Positions 6,091 through 8,957 of a stretch of DNA of 8,957 nt are shown piece by piece. Source of the stretch: an uncultured archaeon. GTDB taxonomy: Archaea; Iainarchaeota; Iainarchaeia; Iainarchaeales; 0-14-0-20-30-16. Each line of letters starts with the position of its first letter. Within the stretch, counting starts at the first letter, position 1. Made by a program: the position numbers and the translations under genes. Where the stretch lies: positions 1 to 8,957 of the forward strand of contig CAZMCX010000014.1 of the NCBI GenBank assembly GCA_964565125.1, in the 5' to 3' direction. The notes under the pieces are model-generated. The model had not been told where the DNA came from, made no database searches, and was given only the letters and a program-made list of their open reading frames with translations.

Positions 6091-6957
6091 ATGCATAAGA
6101 CTACTGCTAATAAGGCCAAGCTTACTCTCCCTCTTAAAGAAACACTAAAGAAAGTACTGACTTCTAAGGATCTTGAGAAAGCAGTTACTTCTTATGATGT
6201 ACTTGGAGGCATTGCAATTATAAAAGTTCCAGAAGAACTCCTAAAAAAAGAAAAAAAGATTGCACAAGCTTTGATGGCTTCAAATTCTAAAATTAAAACC
6301 GTTGTGAAAACTGATAGTATTCATAAAGGGAAATATAGAACTCAGAAAGTGAAATACCTTGCTGGCAAAAAGACCTTTTTGACTTTTGTCAAAGAGTCCG
6401 GCTGTGTTTTTAAGATAAGAGTTAGTGATAGTTTCTTTTCTTCAAGGCTTAGCTTCGAGAGAACAAGAAATGCACAAATGGTTAAACCCGGAGAAGATGT
6501 TTGTGTTTTCTTTTCTGGTGTTGCTCCTTTCTCTATTGTTATTGCAAAGAACTCAAAAGCAAAAAGAATAGTTTCTGTTGAATTGAATCCCAAAGCCCAC
6601 AAATTTGCTTTAGAAAATATAAAACTTAACAAAGTGGCAGATAGAGTAATTGCAATAAAGGATGATGTAAAGAAATATGCTCAAAAAACAAAAGATAGGT
6701 TTGATAGGATAATTATGCCTTTGCCAAAAGACGCACATCTTTTTTTTGATTCTGCATTGAAAGTTGCAAAGAAAGGTTGTATAATTACTCTTTATAATTT
6801 TGTTCTTAAGGATGATCCTTATAAGGAATTAGAAAAAACAATTAGGGCAGTTGCAAAGAAAGAGAAGAAGAAAGTAAAAGTTGTGTTTAAAAGGCAAGTA
6901 AGAGATTTTTCGCCTGCTGTGATTCAAGTAGTGCTGGATATTAAAGTGTTGAATTAA
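6091..6957 (+). CDS. trm5: tRNA (guanine37-N1)-methyltransferase, Trm5 family (Met-10+ like), short form without an obvious D1 domain
   Basis: YDVLGGIAIIKVPEE, G.YRTQKVKYLAG, FKIRVSDSFFSSRLSFER, the SAM motif VFFSGVAPFSIVIAK, ELNPKA..ALENIKLNKV and IIMPLPKDAHLFF parallel the archaeal Trm5 blocks (YDVVGD..., YFSPRL..ER, DMFAGVGPFS, NLPKFAH). The ORF opens at TTG 6082, but ATG 6091 is the more likely start. Confidence 0.8.
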   Translation: MHKTTANKAKLTLPLKETLKKVLTSKDLEKAVTSYDVLGGIAIIKVPEELLKKEKKIAQALMASNSKIKTVVKTDSIHKGKYRTQKVKYLAGKKTFLTFVKESGCVFKIRVSDSFFSSRLSFERTRNAQMVKPGEDVCVFFSGVAPFSIVIAKNSKAKRIVSVELNPKAHKFALENIKLNKVADRVIAIKDDVKKYAQKTKDRFDRIIMPLPKDAHLFFDSALKVAKKGCIITLYNFVLKDDPYKELEKTIRAVAKKEKKKVKVVFKRQVRDFSPAVIQVVLDIKVLN

Positions 6958-8117
6958 TGGTGATTGAATTGGGAAAATGGAAGCCAGAGCTATGGACAAC
7001 TTATAGGGGTAATAATAATTATCCGATCTATAATTGGTTCTATTTTACTGAAGCTTATTCTCGTGGAATTGTAAACAAATATATAAAAAAATATAATATA
7101 ACTGGAAAAATATTAGATCCTTTCTGCGGAACCGGAACTACCCTGCTTGTAGCTAAAGAGAATGGTCTTGAAGCAATAGGTTATGATGTTTCTAAGTTGA
7201 TGGCCTTGGTAAGTAAAGCAAAGACGCAAGAGTATGATATTTCTATTTTAGAAAAAGATCTTGAAAACTTAGTGGGCTTAGAAACAGTAAAGTTAGAAAT
7301 AAAAGTTCCGGACTGGATAAAGCAATATTTCCACAAAGAAGTATTGGATTCTTTGTTAGATCTTAAGGAAAGGTTAAATAAATTTGACTCTGAATATAAA
7401 GATTTTTTCCTACTTGCTTTGATGCGGACTCTTGATACAGTGTCTAAAGCAAAAAAGGTAGGAAAATCTCTGCAGAAAAGAGTTGTGCCGATTTTCAATG
7501 TTTATGCAGTTTACGAAAAATTGGCAAAGGCAATGATAAAAGATTTGAAGAGGGCAGAGCGTAAAAAGTTGTTTAGTGGATCTGTGGAAGTTTATAATAG
7601 CTCGATGTATGAAATTCCTGAAACTAAAAAGTATAACTTGATAATCACCAGTCCGCCTTATCTAAATAAAACAGAATATACAAGGCGGTTTGGGATAGAA
7701 CTCTGGTTCTTAGATTCTGAAACTTATCTCCAAGGCCTGGGGAATGAAAAAGATCAAAAGCATAATAAAGAGTGTATGTTTTATACTTTTTATTTTGCGG
7801 ATATCTTGGACAAAATCCGAAATGTTTCTGAACATAAGATGGCGGGATATAGTGTTGATAACTATTTTATTGGACTTGAGGCTTTCTTTAAGAAAAGTTA
7901 TAGCCTGTTAAACAAGAATGGGCTTTTAGTTGTAGTTATTGCTGGCGGGTGCTTCAAGAATTATGCAGTTGATATTTACGATTATGTTTGCAAGCTATCT
8001 GGCCAAATTGGATTTAAGTTTGTAGAAAGCGAAGTAGATAGAGAACTAATCTGTCACAAGAACAGAACCCAAAAGATTGGAAAAGTAAAAGAATTTACAA
8101 TAGTACTTAAAAAATAA
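6957..8117 (+). CDS. SAM-dependent amino-methyltransferase (N4-C/N6-A type), motif I FCGTG N-terminal and motif IV SPPY downstream; orphan, substrate unknown
   Basis: ILDPFCGTGTTLLVAKENGLEAIGYDVS contains FCGTG at aa 56-60 (nt 7122-7136). LIITSPPYLNKTEY contains SPPY at aa 232-235 (nt 7650-7661). LLNKNGLLVVVIAG follows further downstream. The ATG shares its A with the trm5 TAA (TAATG at 6955-6959). No nuclease-like ORF is adjacent. Confidence 0.75.
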   Translation: MVIELGKWKPELWTTYRGNNNYPIYNWFYFTEAYSRGIVNKYIKKYNITGKILDPFCGTGTTLLVAKENGLEAIGYDVSKLMALVSKAKTQEYDISILEKDLENLVGLETVKLEIKVPDWIKQYFHKEVLDSLLDLKERLNKFDSEYKDFFLLALMRTLDTVSKAKKVGKSLQKRVVPIFNVYAVYEKLAKAMIKDLKRAERKKLFSGSVEVYNSSMYEIPETKKYNLIITSPPYLNKTEYTRRFGIELWFLDSETYLQGLGNEKDQKHNKECMFYTFYFADILDKIRNVSEHKMAGYSVDNYFIGLEAFFKKSYSLLNKNGLLVVVIAGGCFKNYAVDIYDYVCKLSGQIGFKFVESEVDRELICHKNRTQKIGKVKEFTIVLKK

Positions 8118-8129
8118 AGAAAAAATAAG

Positions 8130-8151
8130 AGAAGAAGTTATTACTTCTTTT
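8130..8151. terminator. Hairpin between convergent genes (possible bidirectional terminator)
   Basis: AAGAAGT (8132-8138), TATT loop, ACTTCTT (8143-8149), extendable by G-U and A-T pairs. It has an A-run on one side and a T-run on the other. The 3' arm overlaps the rpoF stop codon. Confidence 0.4.
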
Positions 8152-8488
8152 GGTATTTAGAAACAAGATCAAAGATTTCCTTTTGCTTTGCTTCTGGGCA
8201 ATCAAATCTTTTTAATAATATTGCCTCTAGAATTTCTTTTTCTTTAGGCATTATATTTACAATATTTACTGCAACATTCTTTGGGGCGCCTAATTCCACT
8301 AGTCCTTTTATTAATTTCTCGGAATCTTTTTTGTTTAATTTTTCAAAAGTTGAAACATATTTAAGAGTAGTTTCCTGTTCATATATTGGATCTTGCTCTT
8401 TATCTTTTTTTTCTTTTATTACTTTTTCAATCAAATCCTTTGCTTCTGCAAAAGAAATCGGCTCTTTAGTTTCAATATGTTTAGGCAT
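8141..8488 (-). CDS. rpoF: DNA-directed RNA polymerase subunit F (Rpo4)
   Basis: A protein of about 115 aa, acidic and Lys-rich, matching the Rpo4 pattern: ISFAEAKDLIEK..., YEQETTLKYVSTFEKL, DSEKLIKGLVELG..KNVAVNIVNIMPKEKEILEAILLK. It sits immediately downstream of rpl21e, a conserved archaeal pairing. The ORF opens at GTG 8497, but ATG 8488 is preferred because GTGAT lies 4 nt upstream. Confidence 0.75.
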   Translation of the reverse strand: MPKHIETKEPISFAEAKDLIEKVIKEKKDKEQDPIYEQETTLKYVSTFEKLNKKDSEKLIKGLVELGAPKNVAVNIVNIMPKEKEILEAILLKRFDCPEAKQKEIFDLVSKYQKK

Positions 8489-8498
8489 CAGAATCACT

Positions 8499-8780
8499 TC
8501 AATCCTTTACTTCCTTTAGATGTTCTATATCTACAATAATTATTTTTTTAAGTCTTGGAAAACTAAGCATATAGCTTGATTGTCCTACTTTTTCATCAAC
8601 AGTCCCAATTTTTCCTATGAATCTTCTTGCGGGCATTCCGCCTTGATATCTTCCATTTGCTTTTACAACTACTTTAGAACCCACTTTTAATTCTTTTAGT
8701 CTTTGTTCTATTGTTAATTTCTTTCCTTTAAAACTGTCTCTTGTATTGGCCATTGGACCTTTTGGTTTCTTATTTGCCAT
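8499..8780 (-). CDS. rpl21e: 50S ribosomal protein L21e
   Basis: KGPMANTRDSFK...LKVGSKVVVKANGRYQGGMPARRFIGKIGTVDEKVGQSSYMLSF...IIIVDIEHLK matches the L21e signature (GMPhxRFhGKTGTV, then ...EHLK). The track start GTG 8789 lies inside the SD GGTGA (8786-8790). ATG 8780 is 5 nt downstream of that SD and is the likelier start. Confidence 0.9.
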   Translation of the reverse strand: MANKKPKGPMANTRDSFKGKKLTIEQRLKELKVGSKVVVKANGRYQGGMPARRFIGKIGTVDEKVGQSSYMLSFPRLKKIIIVDIEHLKEVKD

Positions 8781-8815
8781 TTCGCTCACCTATAGGAATA
8801 TTTTTATTAGTTAAT

Positions 8816-8825
8816 ATTTATAAAT
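8816..8825 (-). promoter_or_regulatory. TATA box of the rpl21e-rpoF operon
   Basis: The minus strand reads TTTATAAATA, centred about 26 nt upstream of a putative TSS near 8794. That would give a leader of about 14 nt containing the GGTGA SD. Confidence 0.4.
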
Positions 8826-8879
8826 ATAAGTTAAAAGATTAAATAGAGAAGTATGAAAATGTATATAAATATATACCCG

Positions 8880-8896
8880 GCCTTTTACAAAAAGGC
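8880..8896 (-). terminator. Perfect 7-bp hairpin with embedded T5, possible terminator of a minus-strand gene entering from the right edge
   Basis: GCCTTTT (8880-8886), ACA, AAAAGGC (8890-8896). On the minus strand this reads GCCTTTTTGTAAAAGGC. Two minus-strand frames are open from the window edge and stop at 8896-8898 or 8885-8887. Confidence 0.3.
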
Positions 8897-8957
8897 TAGG
8901 TTGTGATTGTATGGACAAGTTGCTGATTTATTGCTAAAGCAGAAATCCCAACAGGTT

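Noticed and set aside
6342-6632. 96-aa minus-strand ORF
   Set aside because: It is antisense to trm5, so it is a shadow ORF.
7181-7498. 105-aa minus-strand ORF
   Set aside because: It is antisense to the methyltransferase gene, so it is a shadow ORF.
6957-8140. A restriction-modification system around the SPPY methyltransferase
   Set aside because: No unassigned ORF is adjacent. Upstream is trm5, which overlaps the methyltransferase start, and downstream is a 23-nt gap before the convergent rpoF stop. No PD-(D/E)xK-like or HNH-like ORF is present in the window.
8331-8519. 62-aa plus-strand ORF
   Set aside because: It is antisense to rpoF and the end of rpl21e, so it is a shadow ORF.
3075-8815. 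Shared 11-mer TATTAGTTAAT at 3075-3085 and 8805-8815
   Set aside because: At this base composition and window size, dozens of 11-mer coincidences are expected by my rough estimate. The two copies also sit in different orientations relative to their downstream genes.
8885-8957. Minus-strand coding sequence entering from the right edge (two open frames: ...TCWDFCFSNKSATCPYNHNLAFL* and ...PVGISALAINQQLVHTITT*)
   Set aside because: Only about 20-24 codons are visible and two frames are open, so neither frame nor product can be called. A gene end here is plausible given the hairpin and T5 at 8880-8896, but I cannot support a CDS feature.
1-8957. CRISPR arrays, tRNA genes, transposases or integrases, toxin-antitoxin pairs
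   Set aside because: Scanning both strands by eye, I saw no regularly spaced direct repeats, no T-loop (GTTCGAATC-like) or cloverleaf candidates outside the 5S gene, and no unassigned small-ORF pairs. A tRNAscan or Infernal run would be the decisive check.

Overview
This window is a compact, AT-rich archaeal chromosomal segment, about 30% GC in the lines I hand-counted. Several features support an archaeal origin: diphthine synthase, ribosomal protein L21e followed directly by RNA polymerase subunit F (Rpo4), an archaeal-type Trm5, and a DUF63-type membrane protein. TATA-like boxes sit about 26 nt upstream of inferred transcript starts, and GGTGA-type Shine-Dalgarno sequences sit 3-5 nt before several ATGs. 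Gene order is as follows. (1) The tail of a CBS-like gene entering from the left edge. (2) An 852-aa secreted, C-terminally anchored surface protein with beta-helix repeats and cysteine modules. (3) A stand-alone 5S rRNA gene with its own TATA box and T-run. (4) An extremely arginine-rich, basic ORF of about 155 aa with unknown function. (5) A DUF63-dph5 operon on the minus strand. (6) A membrane-anchored SIMPL/DUF541 protein. (7) trm5 overlapping by one base (TAATG) with an orphan amino-methyltransferase that has an N-terminal FCGTG motif and a downstream SPPY motif. (8) A convergent rpl21e-rpoF operon. I found no CRISPR array, tRNA, transposase, integrase or recognisable multi-gene defence operon, and the window is mostly housekeeping. 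Three things merit a second look: the Trm5-coupled orphan SPPY methyltransferase, the Arg-rich ORF beside the solitary 5S gene, and the modular surface protein with an in-frame 24-nt tandem repeat. All functional calls come from motif recognition by eye, and no database search was run.
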